From an uncultured virus (IMG/VR IMGVR_UViG_3300044712_001838) (Duplodnaviria > Heunggongvirae > Uroviricota > Caudoviricetes), in the IMG/VR virus record IMGVR_UViG_3300044712_001838: 64,000 bases of DNA; one strand, given 5' to 3'. Shown here one piece after another: positions 27,946 through 36,982 of this stretch. The number at the start of each line of letters is the position of its first letter. Positions within the stretch are counted from its first letter, which is position 1. Below the pieces are notes generated by a model. It was not told where the DNA came from and did not search any database. It saw only the letters and a list, made by a program, of their open reading frames with translations. A program made the position numbers and the translations under genes.

Positions 27946-28354
27946 AAAACTCTACTACAAACTCCTCAGCGTCAAGGGTCAGGCGAAGCTGTCCATCGTC
28001 TCCGAAGCCGCTCCCGCCTTCTGGAAACGGCTCGCACTGAAATACCATCCGGGCAAATGGCGTAAACCTCTGATCCCGAATAGCAAGCTCTACGTCTTCG
28101 AATCCTTAGACGCCGCAAAACGCTTCGCCGAAAGACGGGCTTCCTCAAACCGTTGCCAGATTTGGTCTTGCAAAATCAAGCCTTCAAATGAATGTCCGTC
28201 AAAGGCAGATTGCCCGTTCACCGCCAATGAAATCAAACGGTTTTGGGCGAACCCCAGGACGTCCGCAACGGCAGACATAGCCCCTGCCGGCACCGTCTTC
28301 GCAGACGCCGTCATGATTCTTGAGAAAGTCTACGACTTCAGGACGGAGCAATGA
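27938..28354 (+). CDS. paralog family member 1 (YYKV...NSKLFVF)
   Basis: YYKLL, YHPGKW, PNSKLYVF, IWSCKI, FW, FADAV. Confidence 0.8.
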   Translation: MAEKLYYKLLSVKGQAKLSIVSEAAPAFWKRLALKYHPGKWRKPLIPNSKLYVFESLDAAKRFAERRASSNRCQIWSCKIKPSNECPSKADCPFTANEIKRFWANPRTSATADIAPAGTVFADAVMILEKVYDFRTEQ

Positions 28355-28782
28355 ATCAGACCAAAAACTACTACAAGGTCGTCTGCTCATACCAGGGCAG
28401 GCGACTGTCCTATCTCAAGTCTGCCATCCACAAAGGCGTCTACTTTGACGAGGACCTGATTGTCGAGTACAAGCCTGACGAATGGGCTGTTCCCAAATTC
28501 CCCAACAGCAAGCTCTTCGTCTTCGACAATCGTGCCGCCGCCAACGACTTCGCCTTCGGTCCCAATCCAGAGTATTCCGATCTGGAAATATGGAAATGCG
28601 AAGTCAGGAATCCGGCAAGAATCTATCACCGACTTCTCGTAATGCATCTCTGCAAGCAAATGATCGAAGACTTTTGGAACGACACGCTTCCCAATCTGCC
28701 GACCAGCGCGGTAGCAAAAACAGATTGCGACGCGTACGTCTGCGGCTGCGACGCCCTCAAACTCGTCGAAAGGATTAAGTAA
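28351..28782 (+). CDS. paralog family member 2
   Basis: YYKVV, YKPDEW, PNSKLFVF, IWKCEVRNP, FW, CDAL. Confidence 0.8.
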   Translation: MNQTKNYYKVVCSYQGRRLSYLKSAIHKGVYFDEDLIVEYKPDEWAVPKFPNSKLFVFDNRAAANDFAFGPNPEYSDLEIWKCEVRNPARIYHRLLVMHLCKQMIEDFWNDTLPNLPTSAVAKTDCDAYVCGCDALKLVERIK

Positions 28783-29216
28783 TGACCAAGAAACCCAAAC
28801 GCCCAAAACGTTACTACAAGGTCGTCTTCATCCGCCCAGGCGGCGACTTGCTCTCAACCATCGCCTGCAAGTCCGACCTCGCCAAGAACATCGCCGTCCA
28901 GTACAAGCCGGACGTCTGGACCCGCCCGCTCATCAAGAACAGCAGGCTCTTCGTCTACGCATCCAAGAAGGCAGCAGCCGACTTCACACGAAACCAAGGC
29001 GTAATTGACCATCAACTTTGGGAGTGCGCCGTTCTGAACCCCAAGCCCCTCTACAAGCGGCTGCTGTGTTTCGACAAACGCTACCAACTTACTATGTTCT
29101 GGAAGAAGCCGAAAGAGGCATGCTCGTTCGTCGTCGGCTGCGATCCATTCGTCCATTGCGCGACCGCCGTTAAACTGATTAGGAAAGTGAAAATCTCCCA
29201 ATATGAAGCCAAATGA
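28782..29216 (+). CDS. paralog family member 3
   Basis: YYKVV, YKPDVW, KNSRLFVY, LWECAVLNP, FW, ATAV. Confidence 0.8.
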   Translation: MTKKPKRPKRYYKVVFIRPGGDLLSTIACKSDLAKNIAVQYKPDVWTRPLIKNSRLFVYASKKAAADFTRNQGVIDHQLWECAVLNPKPLYKRLLCFDKRYQLTMFWKKPKEACSFVVGCDPFVHCATAVKLIRKVKISQYEAK

Positions 29217-29445
29217 CCGCATCGTTTGCGTCCGTGCCAAAGACCCTGGAATCCCCATAGTCGAAGGGCATGTCTATACCGTCAAAGAGTTCTGCGTTGC
29301 TCGCAGACACTTCGACGACGTTAAGAATAAAAACACACACGACGGATTGATCGAAGAACTCTTGGACGAAGCCGCCGTCACGCTGGTAGAAGTCAATGGC
29401 GTCTTCTTGGCAAACCGCTTCAAACCTATTGAGATACCACAATGA
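29203..29445 (+). CDS. hypothetical protein
   Basis: Lies between paralogs 3 and 4; DRIVCV...GHVYTV. Confidence 0.65.
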   Translation: MKPNDRIVCVRAKDPGIPIVEGHVYTVKEFCVARRHFDDVKNKNTHDGLIEELLDEAAVTLVEVNGVFLANRFKPIEIPQ

Positions 29446-29861
29446 GCAAACTCCACTACAAAGTCGTCAATGTCGTCGACGGTAAACTGCTGTCATTCGC
29501 CACGCCTGTCCTTAGCTCTGACGTCGCCCAATTCGCCTGCATCGAGTACAAGCCAGACCAATGGACTCGCCCCAAAGTCCCCAACAGTAAGCTCTTCGTC
29601 TTCAGCGACCAAGCAAGCGCCGCCTGTATGTTCGGATTCCATCGAGATATCTACCAGATTTGGAGTTGTAAGGTCAAAAACCCGTCTTTCATTACAGCGC
29701 GCCTGCTCGTAAACCTCATCGGTAACGCAACCGCCCTTAAGGACTTTTGGCTTGGCGAAGGTTTCAAAACTCTTCCCGATCCGACTGACTACTACCATAC
29801 GTATTGCCCGAAGAACACGGTCGTCTGTGACGCCGTCATGCTCCTTGACAGGGTCTACTAA
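29442..29861 (+). CDS. paralog family member 4
   Basis: HYKVV, YKPDQW, PNSKLFVF, IWSCKVKNP, FW, VCDAV. Confidence 0.8.
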   Translation: MSKLHYKVVNVVDGKLLSFATPVLSSDVAQFACIEYKPDQWTRPKVPNSKLFVFSDQASAACMFGFHRDIYQIWSCKVKNPSFITARLLVNLIGNATALKDFWLGEGFKTLPDPTDYYHTYCPKNTVVCDAVMLLDRVY

Positions 29862-29873
29862 GGGACCAAAGCC

Positions 29874-30983
29874 ATGCTGGAAACAACCCAACTCCCCATG
29901 TCTGCCTTCTCGGTCGCTCCCCAAAACGCCCCTTGGGAAGACCCGAGTTTCTTCGAAGCTAACCTCGCAACCGGCAACCAGCGAGACCTTCTGCGTGCCC
30001 TCAAGGACGTCACTTGGTGCTTCCATGGCAACACCAGACTAGACGCCGACGACATGATCGCCATCCTCGTCTCAGCCGCGTCATTCTGCCTCAAAGAACA
30101 AAATCTCGAAATCCTCACCAGACTGACATCCAAGGGTAACAAGGTCTTTCAGAAAAAAGAAACCTCTTTCCTGAAAACTTGCGTCTCCAAGCCCGAAGCA
30201 GCCTTCAACGAGGGCTGCCCGTCATTGCTTCCAGAAGCCGTTAACCAATTGCACGCCCTCGTCGCACATCCGCCCATCCTGCACAAAGGCCTGAAACTCG
30301 CCTTCTCGCTCAATGACGAAGTTTACAAACACAACCTCTACGAACTCGCAGACGACAACCTCGTCCTCGTTGTCGAAGACTACGATCCCAATAAACGCCA
30401 AGCTAAACTCGGCTTCGCTCACGGCGACGAGGCGTACTACAAGGAATATTTCGCCTCCTACCCTTGGATCGACGCCGACACCATCGTCGCCTGCAAACCG
30501 CTCTCTAGAATGTCGAGAGCTAACCTGTACAAAGCCAATGCCACCGGAACCGCCCTCAAAACCGCAATTAGTCGCGGTATGGTGTCTTGCGCCTTGAACG
30601 TCTACATGGACTACGCCTCCAAAGGTCTGAACGGCGAACAAGCCTTCTACAAAACCATGGAACGACTCGGTCTCGGTAGACAACAAGTAAAATCAATTTA
30701 CAAGGACTACGCTGACGACCCTTGGGGAGCTTGGAGCGCAACCATTTGCCTCGCAACCCCGCCAACTTCGTCAAGCTTCGACTTGGCGATCTACGAACGT
30801 GCCGTCATGGAAGCTGCCGACATCGCAACAAAATCCCGTATGTTCGAACAAACCGTTCCGATTTGGAACTATTGGGACTACTCGGTCAATCAAACACAAC
30901 GTTCCGAAAGGATCGTTATTACAAGCCACGCATTGTTTATCCGCCTTCGCGAGCTTGGCTTCAATCCTGACATTGCAAAGTGA
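29874..30983 (+). CDS. hypothetical protein
   Basis: 369-aa ORF with AAGGG RBS. Confidence 0.8.
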   Translation: MLETTQLPMSAFSVAPQNAPWEDPSFFEANLATGNQRDLLRALKDVTWCFHGNTRLDADDMIAILVSAASFCLKEQNLEILTRLTSKGNKVFQKKETSFLKTCVSKPEAAFNEGCPSLLPEAVNQLHALVAHPPILHKGLKLAFSLNDEVYKHNLYELADDNLVLVVEDYDPNKRQAKLGFAHGDEAYYKEYFASYPWIDADTIVACKPLSRMSRANLYKANATGTALKTAISRGMVSCALNVYMDYASKGLNGEQAFYKTMERLGLGRQQVKSIYKDYADDPWGAWSATICLATPPTSSSFDLAIYERAVMEAADIATKSRMFEQTVPIWNYWDYSVNQTQRSERIVITSHALFIRLRELGFNPDIAK

Positions 30984-31000
30984 ACCGACCGTAGTAGAGT
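30973..31000 (+). promoter_or_regulatory. sigma70-like promoter
   Basis: TTGCAA-N16-TAGAGT. Confidence 0.45.
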
Positions 31001-31020
31001 CTAGTAAGAAAGGACAGTAA

Positions 31021-31242
31021 ATGAAGATTTGGATCGTCATCGACGACAACAACCGCTCTGCCCTCGGTAAGCCCTTCTACGAAATGTACCAGGTCTTCCT
31101 CGACCGCAACAACGCCAAGGAACGCGCCGTCAAGCTCGGTATGCCTTCTACCATGAACATCACCAAGGACATCGGCATGGCAACCGCCTTCATGTCAGGC
31201 GACATCGCCGTCAAGGTCCTCTGTACCGAAACGAAAGGATAA
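31021..31242 (+). CDS. hypothetical protein
   Basis: AAGGA RBS. Confidence 0.7.
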   Translation: MKIWIVIDDNNRSALGKPFYEMYQVFLDRNNAKERAVKLGMPSTMNITKDIGMATAFMSGDIAVKVLCTETKG

Positions 31243-31243
31243 C

Positions 31244-31645
31244 ATGCACAAGCTCACCCCCATCTTGCTCGCCCTTCTGCCCCTCATCGCCGCCTCCCAG
31301 GAAGACGACATCGCCGTCTGGCAACAGGTCAAGCCCGACGTCACCAGAGCCGTCTCCGCCTACATCCAGAAAATGAACTGGTCCAAAGATCAGTCCAAAT
31401 GGAACAAGGACCTCTCCGAACGCGCTGACGCCAGCAACCGCTCCATCCAGGACATCGCCCTCGATTGGTTCTTCGATTGCGAAAAAGCCCTCAAGCAGGA
31501 AGACCCAAAAGCACTCAAAACCGCCTGCTTCTTCTTCATGCGCTTCCTCGCAGACGACATCCCGCCCCCGCTCCAAATGCGCGCCCGCATGACCAAACAG
31601 AACTTCGACAAGCTCGTCAAATGGCTCGACGACCACTCCAAGTAG
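31244..31645 (+). CDS. secreted hypothetical protein
   Basis: Signal peptide MHKLTPILLALLPLIAAS. Confidence 0.75.
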   Translation: MHKLTPILLALLPLIAASQEDDIAVWQQVKPDVTRAVSAYIQKMNWSKDQSKWNKDLSERADASNRSIQDIALDWFFDCEKALKQEDPKALKTACFFFMRFLADDIPPPLQMRARMTKQNFDKLVKWLDDHSK

Positions 31646-31985
31646 AAAGGCACCGAATGCTCCCGCCTTTGATCCCCAAAACTCGCGTCGCTGCCAACTG
31701 CCTGGCAGGTTGCTGCCTAATCGTCAGATTCTCTACAACAAATACAACAGACGATCAGTACGTTGTCAGAGCCGTCGCCATCTCCGAATGGCAGGATCGC
31801 GCTGATCGTTGGAAAGCTCTCTCCAAACGATGCAAACACGCCCATCGCAGACGCCGATCTCAAAAGTGCTTCAAAGCCTACAAAAATTGCCTCTCCAATG
31901 CCGCCGCTTGGAAGTCCGTTCGTCTTCCCCAAACAGGCGACTCAAAGTAGAAAGGAACAACATCCCCAACGCCGAACCCTGAACT

Positions 31986-32723
31986 ATGAATACTCTAGAG
32001 CGTTGGGTCCTCCAAAACTGCAAGTTCGCCTCGTCCGATCCGGACGTCTGTCCAGAATGCGGCGAACGTACCGAATCCCGCTGCCGTTGCAAAATAGGCG
32101 ACAGACAATGCGCCAACCGCCACCATTGGGCCGTCTGCAAGATCCATGGCAAGGTCGCCACCTACCAGCCGCCTGATAACTCTCACGCAATCCCCGTCTG
32201 CTCCTGCTACGAACCCATGCGGGAATACACGCGCAAACGCATCGCCCAAGCCGCCGCCCAAACCGCCATCCCGCCGATCCCTTCAGGTATGGTCAGACTG
32301 ACCCACTTTACGTCAGAGAACCAAGCCCGCCAAATTCTTGGCAGCGACTTCGGGATCAGTACTCTTTTGGCTTCAACAACAGACAGCTTCTCCAACCAAA
32401 ACGAGGTCCTTTCCCTCATCCAGTCCGGTAGTTACTCCGCATACGAACGCGGTGGCTTTGGCGACTCCGTCGTACTGCTCGACATGCCTTCCAACTTGCA
32501 CAGGTCCTACAACTACGCCTTCAGGCAAACCGTCCCGAACGCTTTCGTTCTCGGTTACGTCCGCAGATCCGACATGCAGTTCTTCCCAAACCCCAACTAC
32601 AACCCAACAACAGCCAAACTGCCGGAACTGCCCCGCCCCAACACCCCCTTACGACAACCTGCCGCTCCGCAGCCAATTCCGGCTCCGCAACCCGCAGGCG
32701 ACACCAATACCGACATCTGGTAG
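31986..32723 (+). CDS. hypothetical protein with Cys-rich N-domain and LTHFT motif
   Basis: WVLQNCKFA start, CPECG..CRC..C..H..C; VRLTHFT; Pro-rich tail. Confidence 0.75.
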   Translation: MNTLERWVLQNCKFASSDPDVCPECGERTESRCRCKIGDRQCANRHHWAVCKIHGKVATYQPPDNSHAIPVCSCYEPMREYTRKRIAQAAAQTAIPPIPSGMVRLTHFTSENQARQILGSDFGISTLLASTTDSFSNQNEVLSLIQSGSYSAYERGGFGDSVVLLDMPSNLHRSYNYAFRQTVPNAFVLGYVRRSDMQFFPNPNYNPTTAKLPELPRPNTPLRQPAAPQPIPAPQPAGDTNTDIW

Positions 32724-33376
32724 CAACCTTTAGGTTTCCCCTAATAGTCGCCCTCGGGTCCCATTTCGCGCCCAATCGCGTTTTCGACCCCCACCGCCCT
32801 CTCGACCCGCAGGCGGCTTATTTCGCGTCCAGACGCCTTCTAATCGCAATTGCGGGCATACCCCGTAACCCGCCTCGGGTCCCCCTTTTGCCGGATTTCG
32901 ATTTTTCGACCCCACCCCCATCCTTGCGGAGATTAAACCCCCTATTCTCCGCAAATCTTGCGGCAATTTCATCCCCCAGGTAGCCGGACTAGGTACCCTA
33001 TTTTCCGGAATTCGCATTTTCACCCCCACCCCCGTCGCCTTCCAGTCCCGCTCAGTTCTCTCGGTACTCTCTGGTACTCTCTAGAACACTCTGTCGCTCC
33101 CGAACAGGCGACTGCATGCATTAGAAAAAATCTATCCCTGCTGGCGAGGACCGGCCGGCGGTAGAAGGCGACCAGTACCGTTGGGTTCCCTTAACGTCCC
33201 TTTTTTAGGGTACCCATACTCGATGACTCAGACGTACGCCCGTACCGAGCCCCCTACGCCAAACAGCACTTCTCCTTGTGCAATTTGATTGCACTCTCGT
33301 CGCCTTCTGGTTGCACGGTTTTGGCAGGACTGGACGCCGACGTACGGGGCTTACTACGGGTGCTACACTGTGGGGT
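32724..33376. repeat. non-coding region with short direct and inverted repeats
   Basis: TTTTCGACCCCCACC x2 plus a variant, CTCGGGTCCC x2, GGTACTCTCT x2, TTGCGGAGA/TCTCCGCAA and GTGCAAT/ATTGCAC inverted repeats. Confidence 0.65.
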
Positions 33377-33566
33377 CTAGGTTGAGTCAGACATATGTTG
33401 TTCCTCCTCTCTGCTATACTCGACTGCTCCTAACGGAGACCTAACGTACATGGCACTGGCAATAACCGGGCGGCGCGCGGGCGGGATACCTGGTGGCGAC
33501 CTGGCTTCCCCTGGGTGGGACCGTGGGCTATGGGGCATTAGCGAGTGTCATAGGGAGAGGCAGGAG

Positions 33567-33592
33567 ACAAAGAAGGGGCGCAAGTGCGCCCC
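33567..33592 (-). terminator. intrinsic terminator candidate
   Basis: GGGGCGCA/TGCGCCCC hairpin followed by TTCTTTGT on the minus strand. Confidence 0.5.
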
Positions 33593-33619
33593 GAGTGTCA
33601 ACCAGCCCCTCCAAGCTGG

Positions 33620-33868
33620 CTATAGCTTTGTTATCGTTACCTTGTACGTCTCGATGACCGCGCCTTCGTCAAGATACATCTCGTGCGCGCTGGCGGCGTC
33701 GTCGGAATCTTCAAAGTTCTTGGCTTTCAGTACGTCGGGTGTCAGCGTCTCGCTCCGGTAGCCTTGACTGTATTCAAAGTCTTCCAAGAATCCAGCGGGT
33801 TGAGCAGAGCAAGTTCCCGAGTCTTTCGTTCCGTTCGGCAGGCGGATGACTGTTAGGGTTCGTACCAT
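33620..33868 (-). CDS. hypothetical protein (array gene)
   Basis: Motif plus GGGAG RBS upstream. Confidence 0.75.
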   Translation of the reverse strand: MVRTLTVIRLPNGTKDSGTCSAQPAGFLEDFEYSQGYRSETLTPDVLKAKNFEDSDDAASAHEMYLDEGAVIETYKVTITKL

Positions 33869-33902
33869 GATCGTTGTCTCCCTCTGTCTTGCTCGCCTGC
33901 TC

Positions 33903-34079
33903 CTAACGGGAGCCTAACTTCGCCGTAATCAGTTGCCGCATGGTGTTCTTGGTGTCAGAGCGCAGGACGCCTTCGCCGTCGCCTGTTCGGGAGTACCAGC
34001 GGATGCCGGAACTGTTACGGTCAGCGGGGAAGATGTCGAAGCCCTTGTATCGCCATGCTTTAGGTTCTGTCTGGTTCAT
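33903..34079 (-). CDS. hypothetical protein (array gene)
   Basis: Motif plus GGAGG RBS; stop inside next motif. Confidence 0.7.
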   Translation of the reverse strand: MNQTEPKAWRYKGFDIFPADRNSSGIRWYSRTGDGEGVLRSDTKNTMRQLITAKLGSR

Positions 34080-34305
34080 TGTCGCCTCCTGCAAGAGTCG
34101 CCTGCTCCTAATGCTACCCTAAGAGGCTTTGCACTTTAAGCGGAGAATCCATGTCGCCTGCTGAACTTGGGGCGAATCTTGGGCGCGGGCGGTTTGCTGT
34201 AGGTCGCGGGCTGGCGTTCGGGGAGTGTCATGGGGCAGGCGTTGAGTAGCCGCAACATGTCGGGGCGAGCAGGCGACGCGATCAGCATTGCGGCGCGGAT
34301 TGCGG

Positions 34306-34665
34306 TTAGCATGGTGTCAGAACCTCGCTTTCGGTCGGGACCGATTCGCCGATGGGGAAACCATTGCGGGACAGTTTCCAGAACAAACGCTCCGCGCTGC
34401 TGCCTTCAACGGCGTAGTTGAATTCGCCGCGCTGGCAGTCAGTAACGGTAAATCCGAGCATGCGCAAGTTCTGCGCCGTCAGTTCGGGTGCCTTGAAGAA
34501 GATGGCGAACTGAGAGCCGCGCTTGCTGCGTGGGAAAAGGCGCGTCGCCTTCTTGCCCGTTTCTTCGGTGTACTTCTTGCAGAAGGCGGGTTGATCGGCG
34601 GGATGGACATCGACTTGGAGATTGAGATGGGTTGCTTTTTTCATTGCTTCGGCGGAGCTATCCAT
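34306..34665 (-). CDS. hypothetical protein (array gene)
   Basis: Motif plus GAGG RBS. Confidence 0.75.
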   Translation of the reverse strand: MDSSAEAMKKATHLNLQVDVHPADQPAFCKKYTEETGKKATRLFPRSKRGSQFAIFFKAPELTAQNLRMLGFTVTDCQRGEFNYAVEGSSAERLFWKLSRNGFPIGESVPTESEVLTPC

Positions 34666-34711
34666 GATTCAGTCCTCTTTTCTGTTAAGGTAGACTGCTC
34701 CTAATGGGAAC

Positions 34712-35068
34712 CTAAGACGGGAAGCACTGGCTGTTGCCTTCGAGCATGAGCTTGAGGGCGTTCGCGCTGTCCTGCTTGGTCCAGCCGAGTTCCTTCAAAG
34801 CGTCCGCGAGAGCCATTGCTTCGTCGACCAGTTTGAGTGCCTTCTGTTTGTTGGTCCAGTCGGGCGGGAAAGGCGTCATTTCATCGCGCGTCTGGATGTC
34901 GAAGTCTTTGAAGCGGTTGAGCATTGCCGCATAGACTTGGGCAAAGGTTCTCGGGTTCTCCGGCGAGCGAATCGGATCGCTGCCTGTCTTGCCGTCGTCA
35001 GTCCGGAATTCGATACGAGTGTCGTAGAGTGTCAGGAAGACGAACGGGCGTTTAGCGGCTGTTGGCAT
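34712..35068 (-). CDS. hypothetical protein (array gene)
   Basis: Motif plus GAGGAG RBS; stop inside next motif. Confidence 0.75.
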   Translation of the reverse strand: MPTAAKRPFVFLTLYDTRIEFRTDDGKTGSDPIRSPENPRTFAQVYAAMLNRFKDFDIQTRDEMTPFPPDWTNKQKALKLVDEAMALADALKELGWTKQDSANALKLMLEGNSQCFPS

Positions 35069-35119
35069 GATGTTTCTCCTCTGTCTTGCTCGCCTGCTCC
35101 TAATGGGAGCCTAATGGGG

Positions 35120-35350
35120 CTAGAAAGCCCCAAGGAAAGCTCTGATGTCTACGCATTCGGCGGAATCTTGTGGGATGTCATCAGCGAGTGTCTTTATCTC
35201 GCTTTGTTCGGCTGGCGTTAAGTCGGTCTGCTTGTCAACCAACTTGCGCAATGCGCTTTTAAGCGCGGGATTCAAGACTTCTGCTTCGGTAATTTCAAGC
35301 CAATCGGCGGCGAAACGGACTAGAGTGTCTGAAACGATAGGTGTAGGCAT
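35120..35350 (-). CDS. hypothetical protein (array gene)
   Basis: Motif plus GAGGG RBS. Confidence 0.7.
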   Translation of the reverse strand: MPTPIVSDTLVRFAADWLEITEAEVLNPALKSALRKLVDKQTDLTPAEQSEIKTLADDIPQDSAECVDIRAFLGAF

Positions 35351-35411
35351 TTTATCCCTCTCTTTCATAAGGGACGCCTGCTCCTAATGCTGCCCTAATG
35401 GGGCTTGCACT

Positions 35412-35672
35412 TTAATATTCGATTCGGACAGCCTTTACAGGAGAGATTCTCCAGCCTTTGCTACGAAGGCGACGCAATGCGCCTAGCGCGCTCCAAGCAT
35501 TATCATCTTGCGAGCTTACTGCTGCGCGCCAATCTGTCTGAAACCGTTTGCGTTCCGAGTTGTCGTGATTGACTTGGAGTGTCAGAACGCGGACGCTGGC
35601 GAGTTCCGGATTGAATGAGTTTTTGCTGCGCTTGTTGGTGTCGCCTTCGTACAGCAGATTAGCGATAAACAT
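35412..35672 (-). CDS. hypothetical protein (array gene)
   Basis: Motif plus GGAGG RBS. Confidence 0.7.
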   Translation of the reverse strand: MFIANLLYEGDTNKRSKNSFNPELASVRVLTLQVNHDNSERKRFQTDWRAAVSSQDDNAWSALGALRRLRSKGWRISPVKAVRIEY

Positions 35673-35733
35673 TGTAGCCTCCCTTTGTACTATAGGCGAC
35701 TGCTCCTAATGTTACCCTAACCTAGATTGCACT

Positions 35734-36102
35734 TTACTTGCTGGCGACGGGTTCGACCTTGACGCGGATCTCGCCTTTCTTACCCGCGCCGAGAGCTTTG
35801 AAGCCAGCGGGTGTCAAGTCGATGATGACGCCGCGAGCGGTCGGCTTTTTGCCGGGACCGAAGTCGTTGAGGCGGACTTCGATAGTCTTGCCGTTTTCGA
35901 GGTTTGTTACCTTGATCTTTTTGCCCCATTCGCGGGAGCGCATGGCGCAAGTCAAGGCGGACTCGTCAAACTTCTCGCCGTTTGCGGTGAAGACTCCGCT
36001 GGTGCCTTCGCGCTGGCAGGACTTTGTCGTATAGTACGTTGCCAGACCTTCAGCGGCGAAAGCGGGTATGGCGAGGAAAGCGAGCAGGATGATTGTTTTC
36101 AT
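35734..36102 (-). CDS. RlpA-like double-psi beta-barrel (lytic transglycosylase family) secreted protein
   Basis: Signal peptide, GLATYY, TANGEKFD...LTCA, KVTNLENGKTIEVRLNDFGP, IIDLT. Confidence 0.88.
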   Translation of the reverse strand: MKTIILLAFLAIPAFAAEGLATYYTTKSCQREGTSGVFTANGEKFDESALTCAMRSREWGKKIKVTNLENGKTIEVRLNDFGPGKKPTARGVIIDLTPAGFKALGAGKKGEIRVKVEPVASK

Positions 36103-36130
36103 GGTATGGTAGACTGCTCCTAATGGGAAC

Positions 36131-36412
36131 CTAATGCTTTTTGCACTCAGCCCTTCTTGCGCAAATTTCCTTTGCCTTGCTGTACGCCGAGCCGCGCGGG
36201 ACGCCGTCCAGAACTGAGCAGGCGACGTAGAAAGTGCCATCGGTCCAGATGAGGCGTTCCTTCGAGACATGGTCCCAAGTTGGCGATTCCTGTTCATTGG
36301 AGAGGACGCGAACAAGGTTAAACGCCATCTTCATGGCTTGGCGATGGTTACTTACTGGAATGTTGTCGGCGACTTGTCCGTTGATTCGACCGACTTCTAC
36401 GATATGTTTCAT
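36131..36412 (-). CDS. hypothetical protein (array gene)
   Basis: Motif plus GGGAG RBS; stop inside next motif. Confidence 0.75.
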   Translation of the reverse strand: MKHIVEVGRINGQVADNIPVSNHRQAMKMAFNLVRVLSNEQESPTWDHVSKERLIWTDGTFYVACSVLDGVPRGSAYSKAKEICARRAECKKH

Positions 36413-36453
36413 GGTGTTTTCTCCCTGTTAGGTCGCCTGCTCCTAACGGAAGG

Positions 36454-36678
36454 CTAATACGGATTGCACTTGGAGGCGACTCGCGCCCCAAGGACGATGA
36501 TCTCGTATCCGAACCAGTAGCAAATGTCTCCGGCGATGAAAAAGGCTTTGCTGCGGACAGGCTTGTCGATGGTTACGTACTTGTTGAAACAGTAGTTTCC
36601 CGCGAGAATGAGCCGCCTGAACAGTGCAAGAGAGTTGTTAAAGATGAAGTTTGCCAAAAGCTCGCGGATCTTACGCAT
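36454..36678 (-). CDS. hypothetical protein (array gene)
   Basis: AGGAG RBS; stop inside next motif. Confidence 0.65.
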   Translation of the reverse strand: MRKIRELLANFIFNNSLALFRRLILAGNYCFNKYVTIDKPVRSKAFFIAGDICYWFGYEIIVLGARVASKCNPY

Positions 36679-36688
36679 GGCATTGCTC

Positions 36689-36943
36689 CTAGTTAGCGGG
36701 GAAGTCGTAGCGTGCCGGATCGTTGTCGTAGCCTTTGGGGCATATCCGGTAGGTGTCAAAATCGGCGCGCGTTGCGGGGCGCATTTTGCTCTTGTCCATT
36801 GGGACCGGAGCAGAGCCGTCTTTCCAAGTGTAAATAGAGCCGCGAATTACGGAAGTCGCGAGAATCCAAACGTCGTTCGGTAATTGGGGCAGGATGTAGC
36901 CGAAAAGGTTTTCATCGCAAACAACGAATCGGATCTTGTCCAT
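36689..36943 (-). CDS. hypothetical protein (array gene)
   Basis: Motif plus GGGAG RBS. Confidence 0.75.
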   Translation of the reverse strand: MDKIRFVVCDENLFGYILPQLPNDVWILATSVIRGSIYTWKDGSAPVPMDKSKMRPATRADFDTYRICPKGYDNDPARYDFPAN

Positions 36944-36982
36944 GATTGTCTCCCGCTAGAGTCGCCTGCTCCTAATGGCGAC

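Noticed and set aside
32730..33761. ORFs 32730-33029, 32958-33164 and 33450-33761
   Set aside because: Low-complexity translations of repeat-rich or antisense DNA with no RBS.
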